Sequence record: PQ478073.1
Source of the DNA: a phage
Strand: one strand, 5' to 3'
DNA: 64,000 nt
The translations under genes were made by a program, and so were the position numbers. The notes beneath the pieces were generated by a model. The model searched no databases. It saw only the letters and a list, made by a program, of their open reading frames with translations, and was not told where the DNA came from. Shown in pieces: positions 9,672 through 18,920 of the stretch (position 1 is its first letter; each line of letters starts with the position of its first letter).

Positions 9672-10193
9672 ATGTCGAAGAAGGATGCTTCGAAAAAACA
9701 TTCAGTACATTTCAGTACTGGAAAAGATAACTGGACAACTCCCAAAGATTTCTTTGAAGATTTGGATGAGTTATGGGGATTTACACTTGATGCTGCTTGT
9801 GTAGATGAGACTGCATTGTGTGATAATTTTTTCACTCCAGAAGATGATTCACTATCACAGGATTGGGGAAATAATATAGTTTGGTTGAATCCACCATACA
9901 GTGACTTGAAAACTTGGTTATCTAAAGCAGTAGATGCATATAATAACGGGGCAACTGTAGTTATTCTTGTACCCTCAAGAACCGACACAATTGCTTTTCA
10001 GGATTATGCTGCTAAAATATGTGATTGTATTTGTTTTATTAAGGGAAGATTACGATTTGGTATACCAGAAGAACCCGATAAGAAAACAGATTCAGCACCA
10101 TTTCCTTCGTGTCTGATAGTACTGGATAAGTACTTAACCACTGCTAAAATCAATTATCTTAAATCTCTTGGGTTGGTGATGAAGAATTTATGA
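9672..10193 (+). CDS. phage-type DNA N6-adenine methyltransferase
   Basis: WTTP ... LDAAC ... WLNPPYS motif pattern; AAGGAA RBS. Confidence 0.8.
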   Translation: MSKKDASKKHSVHFSTGKDNWTTPKDFFEDLDELWGFTLDAACVDETALCDNFFTPEDDSLSQDWGNNIVWLNPPYSDLKTWLSKAVDAYNNGATVVILVPSRTDTIAFQDYAAKICDCICFIKGRLRFGIPEEPDKKTDSAPFPSCLIVLDKYLTTAKINYLKSLGLVMKNL

Positions 10194-10723
10194 AAGAAAC
10201 ATGTGTATTAACGTTTGGTCGTATTAATCCTGTACATCGTGGACATGGTTTAGTTTTTGAAAAGGCCAAAACATTACAAGAACAGTACAATGCTGATTTA
10301 AAAATATATCTAAGCACCAGTACTGACAATATAAAAAACCCACTCCCACCTGAACTAAAAATGTATTATACAGAGGGATTCTATCCTTCAGTGCAAGAGA
10401 ACATCTACACAGAAGACAATCTATTTGATATAATGAGAGAACTGGATGGAAAGTACTTAGATGTTCTTTTCATTTGTGGTTCTGACCGTATTGATTCTTT
10501 TCAAAAAACTCTTGACATGTACAATGGTAAGTTGTATAATTTTTGTAGTATAAAAGCAATTCAGGCAGGTATTGACCGTAATGTAAGTCAATATAGCTCA
10601 ACACAAATGCGTAACTTCGCAAAAAATGAAGATTTTGATAGTTTTCGTGAGTTTTTACCTGGAAATGACGAGGACTTAAAAATACAATTATTTGAAGACG
10701 TTATAAAATACATGAGGAAATAA
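10190..10723 (+). CDS. NadM-type nucleotidyltransferase (NMN adenylyltransferase-like)
   Basis: FGRINPVHRGH (HxGH) and ISST..R motifs; ATGA coupling to methyltransferase gene. Confidence 0.6.
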   Translation: MKETCVLTFGRINPVHRGHGLVFEKAKTLQEQYNADLKIYLSTSTDNIKNPLPPELKMYYTEGFYPSVQENIYTEDNLFDIMRELDGKYLDVLFICGSDRIDSFQKTLDMYNGKLYNFCSIKAIQAGIDRNVSQYSSTQMRNFAKNEDFDSFREFLPGNDEDLKIQLFEDVIKYMRK

Positions 10724-10725
10724 TT

Positions 10726-11019
10726 ATGTCAGTACTGTTCAAAACCAATCCAGTACTTTGGGATCAAAATGAGCAATCAGGATTTCGTTCCATCCATGTT
10801 GAATACAAAGGTAATACTGTAGTTGCAATTATTGCTAACAAAACTCTAGGAAACTGGACTGCACAGGTTGTTCCTATGGGATATTCTTACACATCTGATG
10901 AGGTACAATTCTTGGCTGAACTATATCGCCAAGTGCCGTTTATCATTAATGTACTAGAAGGTAATGATACATTATCACATGCAGATGTGATTAATTTTCT
11001 TGGAAACTTGCATGTGTGA
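10726..11019 (+). CDS. hypothetical protein
   Basis: ORF track. Confidence 0.6.
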   Translation: MSVLFKTNPVLWDQNEQSGFRSIHVEYKGNTVVAIIANKTLGNWTAQVVPMGYSYTSDEVQFLAELYRQVPFIINVLEGNDTLSHADVINFLGNLHV

Positions 11020-11299
11020 TGAAATAAATCTTACAGGATATTTTTTACAAGAATCAATGATTAAATTTAGTGAAAAATTTTCAGTACTGGATGGTATCGA
11101 AATGTGGCATGTCAAACCACTGTTCCACACTTTCAGTAAAGAGCACAAAATGTTATTGACTGAAGCGAGTAAATCAAATAACATATGTGAAATCAAAATT
11201 GGTGTAAATGTCTATAAAGGGATGGTTATCTTTTTTGACAATAACAGCAACTACTTTTATATTGTTAAGGAGCATTACGTTGACAAATACAAATACTAA
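11012..11299 (+). CDS. hypothetical protein (start uncertain)
   Basis: ORF track opens with TTG at 11000; first ATG at 11012. Confidence 0.4.
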   Translation: MCDEINLTGYFLQESMIKFSEKFSVLDGIEMWHVKPLFHTFSKEHKMLLTEASKSNNICEIKIGVNVYKGMVIFFDNNSNYFYIVKEHYVDKYKY

Positions 11300-11894
11300 T
11301 ACATACTTCCGTTATCTTCGCTTAGGTCTTTCCCTACGTCCGATCCGTGGAAAGTGCGATTCACTCGCTGACCTTGACTATGCATATGCATTACATCATG
11401 AAGGTGTACAGTATGTATTGGGTGATTATGGTGAATTTGAAGAAACAAATGACAGTACTGGAATTAATGCTGGTGTAGAAAATCTTAACAACATTGCTAA
11501 CAGTTCTCGCCATGACATTGTGTTACAGATTCAAAACTTTATTGAGCAGCACACAGGTAAACGTGTTTGGTGCTATGTCGGTACTGATGCACAAATGTCA
11601 ATTTCATTCGGTAACGATGAAGGATATGTTGCACAGCTTATTATGGATTTTGAATCTGAAGAGAAGTTTTTAGAATTCAAAGAAAAGATTATTCAGTCAC
11701 TTGTTGATATGGGTATCCCCGAAGATAAAATGCCAGAAGTTCAAAACATTGATGAATTTGTTTTGATTCCATCTGATGAGAAATATGATGCAATGTTTAC
11801 TGCCCTTAATATTCCAGGAGTTATTGTGGAGTACTTTGATGATGGTGATGATAGTATCTATATCGATCTAGATGACGATGACGACGATGAATAA
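11208..11894 (+). CDS. hypothetical protein with poly-Asp C-terminal tail (start uncertain)
   Basis: ORF track; C-terminus DLDDDDDDE; 5' part overlaps upstream ORF. Confidence 0.5.
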   Translation: MSIKGWLSFLTITATTFILLRSITLTNTNTNTYFRYLRLGLSLRPIRGKCDSLADLDYAYALHHEGVQYVLGDYGEFEETNDSTGINAGVENLNNIANSSRHDIVLQIQNFIEQHTGKRVWCYVGTDAQMSISFGNDEGYVAQLIMDFESEEKFLEFKEKIIQSLVDMGIPEDKMPEVQNIDEFVLIPSDEKYDAMFTALNIPGVIVEYFDDGDDSIYIDLDDDDDDE

Positions 11895-11900
11895 TGTACA

Positions 11901-11929
11901 TAGCCCGACATAAGTTCGGGCTATTTTTG
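11901..11929 (+). terminator. rho-independent terminator
   Basis: stem AGCCCGA/TCGGGCT then T-run. Confidence 0.65.
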
Positions 11930-11940
11930 TAAGGGGATAT

Positions 11941-12216
11941 ATGAATTATAAAGTTCTACAATATACATACAGTGTTTTGTTTGATTTACATCACAATGGA
12001 AGATATCTCAATACAATACGAGAAAACACATTCACTCATACTATCTGGATTAATCACTTAATAATGATACGTGAATATTTTGTTAATAGTGAGATAATCA
12101 TTCGTGGTAAAAAACAGAAGATAGAACAAGTTAATAGTTTTGGTGGTAAATTAGTACTATCATTTATAGATAGTAATACTAATGAAAGATATAGTATAGA
12201 TTTGGTGGACATATGA
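11941..12216 (+). CDS. hypothetical small protein, tandem paralog array A (member 1)
   Basis: ORF track; N-terminus MNYKVLQYTYSVLFDL. Confidence 0.6.
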   Translation: MNYKVLQYTYSVLFDLHHNGRYLNTIRENTFTHTIWINHLIMIREYFVNSEIIIRGKKQKIEQVNSFGGKLVLSFIDSNTNERYSIDLVDI

Positions 12217-12479
12217 ATTATAAAGATTTCCTACTAACATACAAGATTATTCGAGATTTAGCACACGACAATGATAGCCCTAGTCTAGAAGACACATGCA
12301 CTGAAATGATTCATACAATTCGTGGTAAGATTAAAAAAAAATTCAGTACTGTTATTATTGGTGATGACCATGCAGAATTTTCTGATATAATCATTAGACG
12401 TGATGGTAAAGTTGAGGTTCAGTACTACACTGATTTTGGATTTACCAGTATTCCGTTGGAGATATTCCCTTGGGATTAA
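12213..12479 (+). CDS. hypothetical small protein, array A (member 2)
   Basis: ORF track; MNYKDFLLTYKIIRDL; ATGA coupling. Confidence 0.6.
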   Translation: MNYKDFLLTYKIIRDLAHDNDSPSLEDTCTEMIHTIRGKIKKKFSTVIIGDDHAEFSDIIIRRDGKVEVQYYTDFGFTSIPLEIFPWD

Positions 12480-12781
12480 ATTTAAATGATATACAATTCA
12501 CTTATAAGATCCTATATGATTTGTATGATGTATACCTTGTTAGTAACAAAATAGGTTCACATAACCCATACAAAGAACAACCATTTATTGATTTATATAT
12601 TGAGTACTTAGATTCAGTAGGTGAATATATAAAAAAGAATTACAGTACTTTTATCGATGGAAATGATATATTCGAGTTCTCTGGAGTTAAATCATACAAT
12701 GGGATTATCCATGTTGAATTTCTTGAAATAACTGATAGGGGATTTATCGAGATTAAAGTTGTGAAGTTGGTGAATTTATAA
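12470..12781 (+). CDS. hypothetical small protein, array A (member 3), apparent TTG start
   Basis: ORF has no in-frame ATG; N-terminus LNDIQFTYKILYDLY parallels member 4. Confidence 0.5.
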   Translation: MGLNLNDIQFTYKILYDLYDVYLVSNKIGSHNPYKEQPFIDLYIEYLDSVGEYIKKNYSTFIDGNDIFEFSGVKSYNGIIHVEFLEITDRGFIEIKVVKLVNL

Positions 12782-12791
12782 GAGGTTACAT

Positions 12792-13103
12792 ATGTTATTA
12801 AATGATATACAATTCACATACAAATTTTTGTATATCCAATACGCTACGGTTGATGCTGGTGAATATCTCTACGATGAAATCTATCGTTCGCTATGGATAA
12901 AGTTTTTGGATGAATTACATGAATATTACCATGATTTGTGTATAGTTCGTGATAATAAAATATACAAATTCCGCGATATTGTTAGTCATAGCGGTAAGCT
13001 ACGATTGGAATTAAGTACTGATAGTGATGTTGATTGGATTGGTGTAAATTTACTGGAGTTGGAGAATGAAAAACAACTTAAAGGAAATACAAGTATTTTA
13101 TAA
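12792..13103 (+). CDS. hypothetical small protein, array A (member 4)
   Basis: ORF track; MLLNDIQFTYKFLYIQY. Confidence 0.6.
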   Translation: MLLNDIQFTYKFLYIQYATVDAGEYLYDEIYRSLWIKFLDELHEYYHDLCIVRDNKIYKFRDIVSHSGKLRLELSTDSDVDWIGVNLLELENEKQLKGNTSIL

Positions 13104-13350
13104 ATTCTTATACTTATCATATGTAAAAGATGAGTACTATGAAAGTGTGTATTATTTTTTATGGCAACATTACCGTACTATAGTAAGAGATTTATATATA
13201 GGAAAATCTATCATATCCAATGGTGAAAAATGTACCTGTACGGATGTAGTTAGTTTTAATGGTTCTTTAACACTGTGTTTCAGATGCGATAATAATAGTG
13301 GGTCATTTTCATTAAACGTATATCAGTTAGAAGGAATAAATTTTGAATAA
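13066..13350 (+). CDS. hypothetical small protein, array A (member 5)
   Basis: ORF track; GGAG RBS; MKNNLKEIQVFYKFLYLSY. Confidence 0.6.
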   Translation: MKNNLKEIQVFYKFLYLSYVKDEYYESVYYFLWQHYRTIVRDLYIGKSIISNGEKCTCTDVVSFNGSLTLCFRCDNNSGSFSLNVYQLEGINFE

Positions 13351-13543
13351 ATGTCCATATTGTAACAGTACTCAATTAGCTCGTTTCCGTTTAGATTCAG
13401 ACTGGGCGACTGGTGCTGGTGATTTCTTCCCTATTAATGATGATGCGGAATACACCGAAGAACAGCACAAAGATTTTGATAAATCATGGCGACCTGACAT
13501 TGAGTGCATTTATTGCCTTAATTGTGAGCGTGTTCATGACTAA
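13343..13543 (+). CDS. small zinc-ribbon protein (CPYC ... CLNC)
   Basis: ORF track; two Cys pairs. Confidence 0.55.
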   Translation: MNKCPYCNSTQLARFRLDSDWATGAGDFFPINDDAEYTEEQHKDFDKSWRPDIECIYCLNCERVHD

Positions 13544-13799
13544 AGCTGAACTAATAGTTCATACATATAAAATGATATCAAGTACTGAGTTATCATATAG
13601 TGCAGATAATCCAGTACTGGATTATTTTGTTGAATTATTGAAAGAGCATTATATTGGTAAATCACTGAATATTAATAATATTAATTTCACTATAACGGAT
13701 GTGGGACCAGGAAAAAACGTACTAATTGTATGTATTACTTCAACTGGTAACCCATTATACCCAATATCAGTAATTTTTGAGGTATTAGGTGATTTATGA
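13536..13799 (+). CDS. hypothetical protein (start moved from 13413 to internal ATG)
   Basis: track ORF overlaps upstream gene; ATG at 13536 overlaps upstream stop. Confidence 0.45.
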   Translation: MTKAELIVHTYKMISSTELSYSADNPVLDYFVELLKEHYIGKSLNINNINFTITDVGPGKNVLIVCITSTGNPLYPISVIFEVLGDL

Positions 13800-14086
13800 A
13801 TATCATATTAATACAAAAAACATATACTCTACTGATGAAAGAATATACTAATACTTATGATGAAAAGTGCAGTGCAAATCATAATATGTATGAATTCATT
13901 ACTCAAGAGTACAGGGATTATATATATGCTGTGTTAGTGGGTAGATATTTCAGTACTAGAAAATACACAAAACTTCAAATAGTTGATGTTTCTTTTTATT
14001 TCAATGGTCATATTACTATTCATAGTTTAGACCAAGATTCAACAACGTACTTAAACTTTTCATTTGATGAGGTAACATTTTTATGA
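13796..14086 (+). CDS. hypothetical small protein, array A-like
   Basis: ORF track; MNIILIQKTYTLLMKEY. Confidence 0.6.
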   Translation: MNIILIQKTYTLLMKEYTNTYDEKCSANHNMYEFITQEYRDYIYAVLVGRYFSTRKYTKLQIVDVSFYFNGHITIHSLDQDSTTYLNFSFDEVTFL

Positions 14087-14259
14087 GAACAGTATTTTTT
14101 ATCTGGAGTCTTTTTTCATTGGCAGTACTGACAGTATGTGGGATTTGTTTCCTTTCATCAATTAATACTTGGTATATCAATTTACTATTTCCATTTGTCG
14201 GTGTTGGTTTAGGGTTTACTTTGCATAGTGTATGTAAGGATTACAATGAGAACAAATGA
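14083..14259 (+). CDS. small hydrophobic membrane protein (about 58 aa), below ORF-track cutoff
   Basis: hand-read ORF MRTVFFIWSLFSLAVLTVCGICFLSS...; ATGA coupling. Confidence 0.4.
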   Translation: MRTVFFIWSLFSLAVLTVCGICFLSSINTWYINLLFPFVGVGLGFTLHSVCKDYNENK

Positions 14260-14524
14260 AGTACTTATTGCTGAAACAATGAAGATGATTTACAATATCA
14301 CGTCAGCACAGAATATGCCCTATCCAACTAAGTCTTTATTGAGGACTGTGTATCTGGGGATAGTACAGGAGTACTACAAATCCAAGCACCGAAGCATTAT
14401 TAGTGTTTATCGTGATTATGAAAGGATTCGTATTTTATTCTGGAACAAGAATCGAGTACGTTCTGAATGTGACCTAGTGGACTTTAAATTAGAGAATCTT
14501 TATTGCTATAAACAGGGACAATAG
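14246..14524 (+). CDS. hypothetical protein
   Basis: ORF track frame; AAGGA RBS before ATG at 14246. Confidence 0.55.
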   Translation: MRTNEVLIAETMKMIYNITSAQNMPYPTKSLLRTVYLGIVQEYYKSKHRSIISVYRDYERIRILFWNKNRVRSECDLVDFKLENLYCYKQGQ

Positions 14525-14542
14525 TTTAATTCATGATATAAT
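14514..14542 (+). promoter_or_regulatory. sigma70-like promoter GGGACA-16/17-TGaTATAAT
   Basis: extended -10 about 40 nt upstream of start at 14583. Confidence 0.45.
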
Positions 14543-14582
14543 AATGGGTAAGGAACAATAATTAACACAAGGAGTGTGTGAA

Positions 14583-15311
14583 ATGCTTGACCGTATCCGT
14601 TTCGCTACAGAGATGGCGAATGAATTAAACATGGCAAATTTCCAAATGTTAACATCAGTAATGGCTGAACATGCATGTGCTTATTCTGTAAGTGGTGTGC
14701 AGTGTGGTCAGGAGAATATGTTAGCAGATGTTTATAGTGAAGTGCAAAGTAAGCAATATAGTGTAAAGACATATAAGGATAAGTTTGTTAGTCTTTATAT
14801 GAACGAAGATATTGCCGAAGACCGTAAATTCACTGATTTTATTATTGAACGCCGAGTATCAGGTGTATCTAATCCTAATGCATCAAGCGAGGAAGTTTTT
14901 GCAGAAGTACTGAAAGATATATACGAAAATGAATTAAAAAGTAAGAATCATTACAATGTACGTGAAACGAACACAGTGCTCTTGGGATATGATGAAGACG
15001 AAGAATACTATTATTTTCGTATGACTGAAGTTCCTTTTGAATACAAATCTCCATATACAACTACAGTGAAAGAATTTACTGAAAAAAGTAAAAACTTCAT
15101 GAAGCATGAAGGAAATCGTTGTAGTATAAATGGTTATGACGAAAATGGCATTCACATTTATGAATGGGTTCACCCAAATTGTCAGACATACACTCGTTGC
15201 TTGAAAAAACGTTATAATTTAGAAGAGCATGAATCATTCTATTTTAAAGTTAAGAAGCAAGGTTATACTCGCCCCGCCGATTCTGAATTGATGGGTATGA
15301 TATATTTCTAA
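14583..15311 (+). CDS. hypothetical protein
   Basis: ORF track (GTG at 14574); AAGGAG RBS before ATG at 14583. Confidence 0.65.
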   Translation: MLDRIRFATEMANELNMANFQMLTSVMAEHACAYSVSGVQCGQENMLADVYSEVQSKQYSVKTYKDKFVSLYMNEDIAEDRKFTDFIIERRVSGVSNPNASSEEVFAEVLKDIYENELKSKNHYNVRETNTVLLGYDEDEEYYYFRMTEVPFEYKSPYTTTVKEFTEKSKNFMKHEGNRCSINGYDENGIHIYEWVHPNCQTYTRCLKKRYNLEEHESFYFKVKKQGYTRPADSELMGMIYF

Positions 15312-15321
15312 GGAAACTTCT

Positions 15322-15603
15322 ATGGATTTTTATCTACACACATGGACATACGAACAATATATTACATTATATCTTGAAATTATTAACACAGAACCTAGGT
15401 GTGGTTGTAGGTTCGCAGATATCATAAAAGAGTATGCTGACGAGTTCGAGTTTGTGTATCTTGGGTCTGATATATTTGTAAAAAGTGTAGGTAAAACCGG
15501 ACGAATCACTGATATAGATTACGACACTGTTAGTGTGAATTTCTATGTTGATTTTCCTGATGCTGGCGTTGATGGTGTATATTGTCTTTATGAAATAATT
15601 TAA
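15322..15603 (+). CDS. hypothetical protein
   Basis: ORF track. Confidence 0.55.
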   Translation: MDFYLHTWTYEQYITLYLEIINTEPRCGCRFADIIKEYADEFEFVYLGSDIFVKSVGKTGRITDIDYDTVSVNFYVDFPDAGVDGVYCLYEII

Positions 15604-15610
15604 ATTCTTA

Positions 15611-15635
15611 GGCCAGCGTTTGCTGGTCTTTTTTC
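15611..15635 (+). terminator. rho-independent terminator
   Basis: stem GCCAGC/GCTGGT then T-run. Confidence 0.6.
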
Positions 15636-15647
15636 GCAGGTACAAAG

Positions 15648-15950
15648 ATGTTCAGTATAGATTTAATTAACAGTACTATCAAAATGTTGGCTGATTTGGT
15701 GAGACAATCCAATGGAACTTTATATCCATCAATGTATAAAATGTTTGACCGATACATCAAGGATTGTAACATATCATTATATGGACTTGCTGTTGATATA
15801 GACGATTACTATGGAATTAATACTTCATATAAAACAGGAATTTTAATTGGTATTAATATAAAGATGGGGTATTTACCTTATTACTGTATAGGATTACCAG
15901 ATAATACTTTTGTAGAATATCCAGCCAGTACTATTAAATTAAGAGGATAA
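15648..15950 (+). CDS. hypothetical protein
   Basis: ORF track. Confidence 0.55.
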   Translation: MFSIDLINSTIKMLADLVRQSNGTLYPSMYKMFDRYIKDCNISLYGLAVDIDDYYGINTSYKTGILIGINIKMGYLPYYCIGLPDNTFVEYPASTIKLRG

Positions 15951-15957
15951 AACTAAA

Positions 15958-16536
15958 ATGAATGTATTAGAATTAAGTACTAAGCTGATTAGTATGCGTA
16001 ATGAGTGGTACGATTGGTTTTATAATGGTACTGATATGGATTTTTCAAAATATCCATTTATGGAATCAGGATGTGATGCAAGATACCGCTGGTTGAGCAA
16101 AGATTGTTCTGGTTTACATATTCTAGTTGACGATAGTGGTCAGGGAATTATAAAAGATTTACTTCAAGTTGAACAACTCGTCCATGATAATTGGTGTGAT
16201 AACGATCCATACCTTGGAAATATGATTTATGTAAGTGAAGATGATTGCATATTCGTTATCCAGCGTCATGGTAATTCTATGTTTTATGTAGCAGATAGCA
16301 GTACTCCAGAAGGTGCAGCAGCCGATGGACTTATGCCTAAGATTGATATATTGGAATTTGGATTACCTGAGCACTTCCAGATTAGTACTTTATACGATAT
16401 TCCACCACTTGAGTTCTTTGAAGAATTTAAATTGTACTACAATGATCTTCAAAAATTGAGTACTGATCGACGCATTGAAATAACTGTTAAGTACATGGAC
16501 GGAACGAAATTAACTGATACGGGGATAGAATTTTGA
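15958..16536 (+). CDS. hypothetical protein, paralog family F (PEHFQISTLYDIPPLEFF)
   Basis: ORF track; shared motif. Confidence 0.65.
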   Translation: MNVLELSTKLISMRNEWYDWFYNGTDMDFSKYPFMESGCDARYRWLSKDCSGLHILVDDSGQGIIKDLLQVEQLVHDNWCDNDPYLGNMIYVSEDDCIFVIQRHGNSMFYVADSSTPEGAAADGLMPKIDILEFGLPEHFQISTLYDIPPLEFFEEFKLYYNDLQKLSTDRRIEITVKYMDGTKLTDTGIEF

Positions 16537-17222
16537 TTAAAGATTTAGATAGAATTTTATATGTACTAAGGGGTGTAATTACATTACATCCACAAATCAA
16601 TCGAATTGAAAGTACATTTCAGTTGGAGTCAAGAGAAACTCCATATTCACATATATCAAATGTAGTTGGTTCACTCAGTACTGAAGACTCGTCTTACGAT
16701 ATTTGTGTATGTGAAGTACAACCAAGTTCGGATCTTGGATTTGCTATTTTTGATAAAGATCAAAATCTCATTAGTATGTTTCAGTGCAATAATCCTTTTT
16801 GGAAAACATGCCTGTATCCAGAGTGGGCTATGCTTGATCCAACCAAGAGTACCATTAAAGTTTATGACTCTAAAAATGATGAAGTCGTTATTGATTTGGA
16901 TGAGTCAATGTCAGAGGAAGAACACTTTCAGCTAATGATGATGCGTGCTATGCCGGAATACAATGCAATGATTAACACTGTGCAATACATTAAGGATACC
17001 ATGCCAGCGTTGCGTACACATGAGTTTTGTCATCCGGTATTGTATGAACATCTAGATTTAGACTTCAGTACTATTAAATTTAAAGATAGTGTTAAAAAAT
17101 ATATTCAAGAGAATGTTAAATTTGATTTTATTAGTACTATGAACAATAATCCAAAAACTAATTTTAGGCATCAGTACAATGAATCTTTGTCTAATGGACG
17201 TGATACCAGTTGGTGGAAATAA
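16533..17222 (+). CDS. hypothetical protein, paralog family F-like (EEHFQLMMMRAMPEY)
   Basis: ORF track; ATGA coupling. Confidence 0.65.
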   Translation: MIKDLDRILYVLRGVITLHPQINRIESTFQLESRETPYSHISNVVGSLSTEDSSYDICVCEVQPSSDLGFAIFDKDQNLISMFQCNNPFWKTCLYPEWAMLDPTKSTIKVYDSKNDEVVIDLDESMSEEEHFQLMMMRAMPEYNAMINTVQYIKDTMPALRTHEFCHPVLYEHLDLDFSTIKFKDSVKKYIQENVKFDFISTMNNNPKTNFRHQYNESLSNGRDTSWWK

Positions 17223-17223
17223 T

Positions 17224-17487
17224 ATGAATATTCAAGATAGATTACAATTACTGTACACACTTGAACAGGCTGCTTATGATCTTGTTCGAAAAATCTCAGA
17301 TGAACTACCTAAAGGAACTAAAGTTCGTGTACGTGAGATGAATTATTTTTCTGGAGTAATTGAAGAACAAGTACTAACAGTGAATAAAGTAACATACTAT
17401 GAATCTGAGTTGTCTATTCAGTGTGAATCGGATGATGGATTAATATCATATTATGGAACTGATGTAGATATAGAGGTAATAAAATGA
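17224..17487 (+). CDS. hypothetical small protein
   Basis: track ORF from 17179; ATG at 17224 follows upstream stop. Confidence 0.5.
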   Translation: MNIQDRLQLLYTLEQAAYDLVRKISDELPKGTKVRVREMNYFSGVIEEQVLTVNKVTYYESELSIQCESDDGLISYYGTDVDIEVIK

Positions 17488-18626
17488 CCCTTTTACAAAT
17501 ATATGAAGATTTAATGCACTTATGTAATACAAACGATGCATTCTTTTATGTGGATCATAAAAGTCCTGCTGGTGGCACGTATCGTGTATTCAGTTATCGT
17601 CTAGCATCATACACTGATTTCATGCAACCAAATGCGTTGGAAACCCGTGGCTCTATGTGGGAAATTGATGAAGAAGGTGAAATGATACGTTGTGCAGCAC
17701 GTACAATGAAAAAGTTCTTCAATGCTTACGAGAATCCTGCTACAATGTTCCCTGCTAACACCACATGCGATGACATTGCGGTAGTGATGCCTAAGTTGGA
17801 TGGTTCGATTATCAGTACTTACCGTGATAATGATGGTGAGATTCGTTGTAAATCACATACTGCATTGTATTCTGACCATGCGATTAACAGTACTCGACTT
17901 ATTAACGAGAACCAGAATTTGTATCAGTACATCGACGAAGCGGAACGTTTAGGTTACACAGTTAATATGGAGTATACAAGCCCAGAGTACCGAATTGTAT
18001 TACCATATCAGGTAGAACAACTGTTTGTACTGAACGTTCGTCATCGTGTGAGTGGTGAGTTGCTATGTGGTAAAGCACTACGTGATAAGTTTCCATGTCT
18101 TGCACAGTACAGTACTAATATGACTGGAAAAGATATTCATCACACTTTTCCGGTACGAAATACCTTCCGTGAAAGCGTGGAGGAAGTTCATAAAATGCTT
18201 GATATTGAGGGTTTTGTGTGCATCCTAAATAATGGGACAATGTGTAAAATAAAGACTGACTGGTACAGTTCATTACATCTTACAAAAGATAGTATTATTA
18301 TTGATTCTCATTTATATGAAGCAGTATTAAATGGTTCAAGTGATGATTTAAAACAATTGTTCAGTACTGATGAATATGCTATGCAAAAGATATTAAGAAT
18401 GGAACAATTGGTATTTTCGTGCTATAATGCATTACAAGATGAAGTAGAAAGCTTCGTCAAGGAACACAAGCACTTGGAGCGAAAGGAATTCGCAATGAAG
18501 GTTCAGGAGTGTTTAACTAATGAACTGAATCGTCAGGGCTTGGCCTTTGCAATGTATAACAATAAGAAAGTTGATTACAAAGAGACTCTTATAAAATACA
18601 TGAAAATTGTACTAAAGGATTTTTAG
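17484..18626 (+). CDS. rnlA: RNA ligase 1 (T4 RnlA type)
   Basis: KLDGS nucleotidyl-lysine motif; N-terminal region aligns by eye with T4 Rnl1; ATGA coupling. Confidence 0.85.
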   Translation: MTLLQIYEDLMHLCNTNDAFFYVDHKSPAGGTYRVFSYRLASYTDFMQPNALETRGSMWEIDEEGEMIRCAARTMKKFFNAYENPATMFPANTTCDDIAVVMPKLDGSIISTYRDNDGEIRCKSHTALYSDHAINSTRLINENQNLYQYIDEAERLGYTVNMEYTSPEYRIVLPYQVEQLFVLNVRHRVSGELLCGKALRDKFPCLAQYSTNMTGKDIHHTFPVRNTFRESVEEVHKMLDIEGFVCILNNGTMCKIKTDWYSSLHLTKDSIIIDSHLYEAVLNGSSDDLKQLFSTDEYAMQKILRMEQLVFSCYNALQDEVESFVKEHKHLERKEFAMKVQECLTNELNRQGLAFAMYNNKKVDYKETLIKYMKIVLKDF

Positions 18627-18656
18627 TACTATCTAGCCTAAGCACAAGGAGAAGTG

Positions 18657-18911
18657 ATGGCTAAACCTAAGTATAAAAATGACGGTTCCCTTTCTCCGAC
18701 TGAGTTCAGGAAAATACAAGAAGAAATCGATGAATTACAGCACAAACGCTCAATGAAAGGTGTGAAGATAAGTAAGAAACGAATCGAGAATACCTTCGGA
18801 TGTAGTAGTACTGAATACAAGAAGAAAAGGAAACCAAAAGGTGTTAAGCCGAGAATACATGATGTAACTCGCTATACATCGAAACGTGAAAATAAATTTG
18901 ATCCACTATAA
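18657..18911 (+). CDS. small highly basic protein
   Basis: ORF track; AAGGAG RBS; Lys/Arg-rich. Confidence 0.55.
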   Translation: MAKPKYKNDGSLSPTEFRKIQEEIDELQHKRSMKGVKISKKRIENTFGCSSTEYKKKRKPKGVKPRIHDVTRYTSKRENKFDPL

Positions 18912-18920
18912 GGAGTTCAT

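Noticed and set aside
11290-11315. ACAAAT-type short tandem repeat as a standalone repeat feature
   Set aside because: Only two to three units, inside an ORF overlap region, and not distinguishable from chance in AT-rich DNA.
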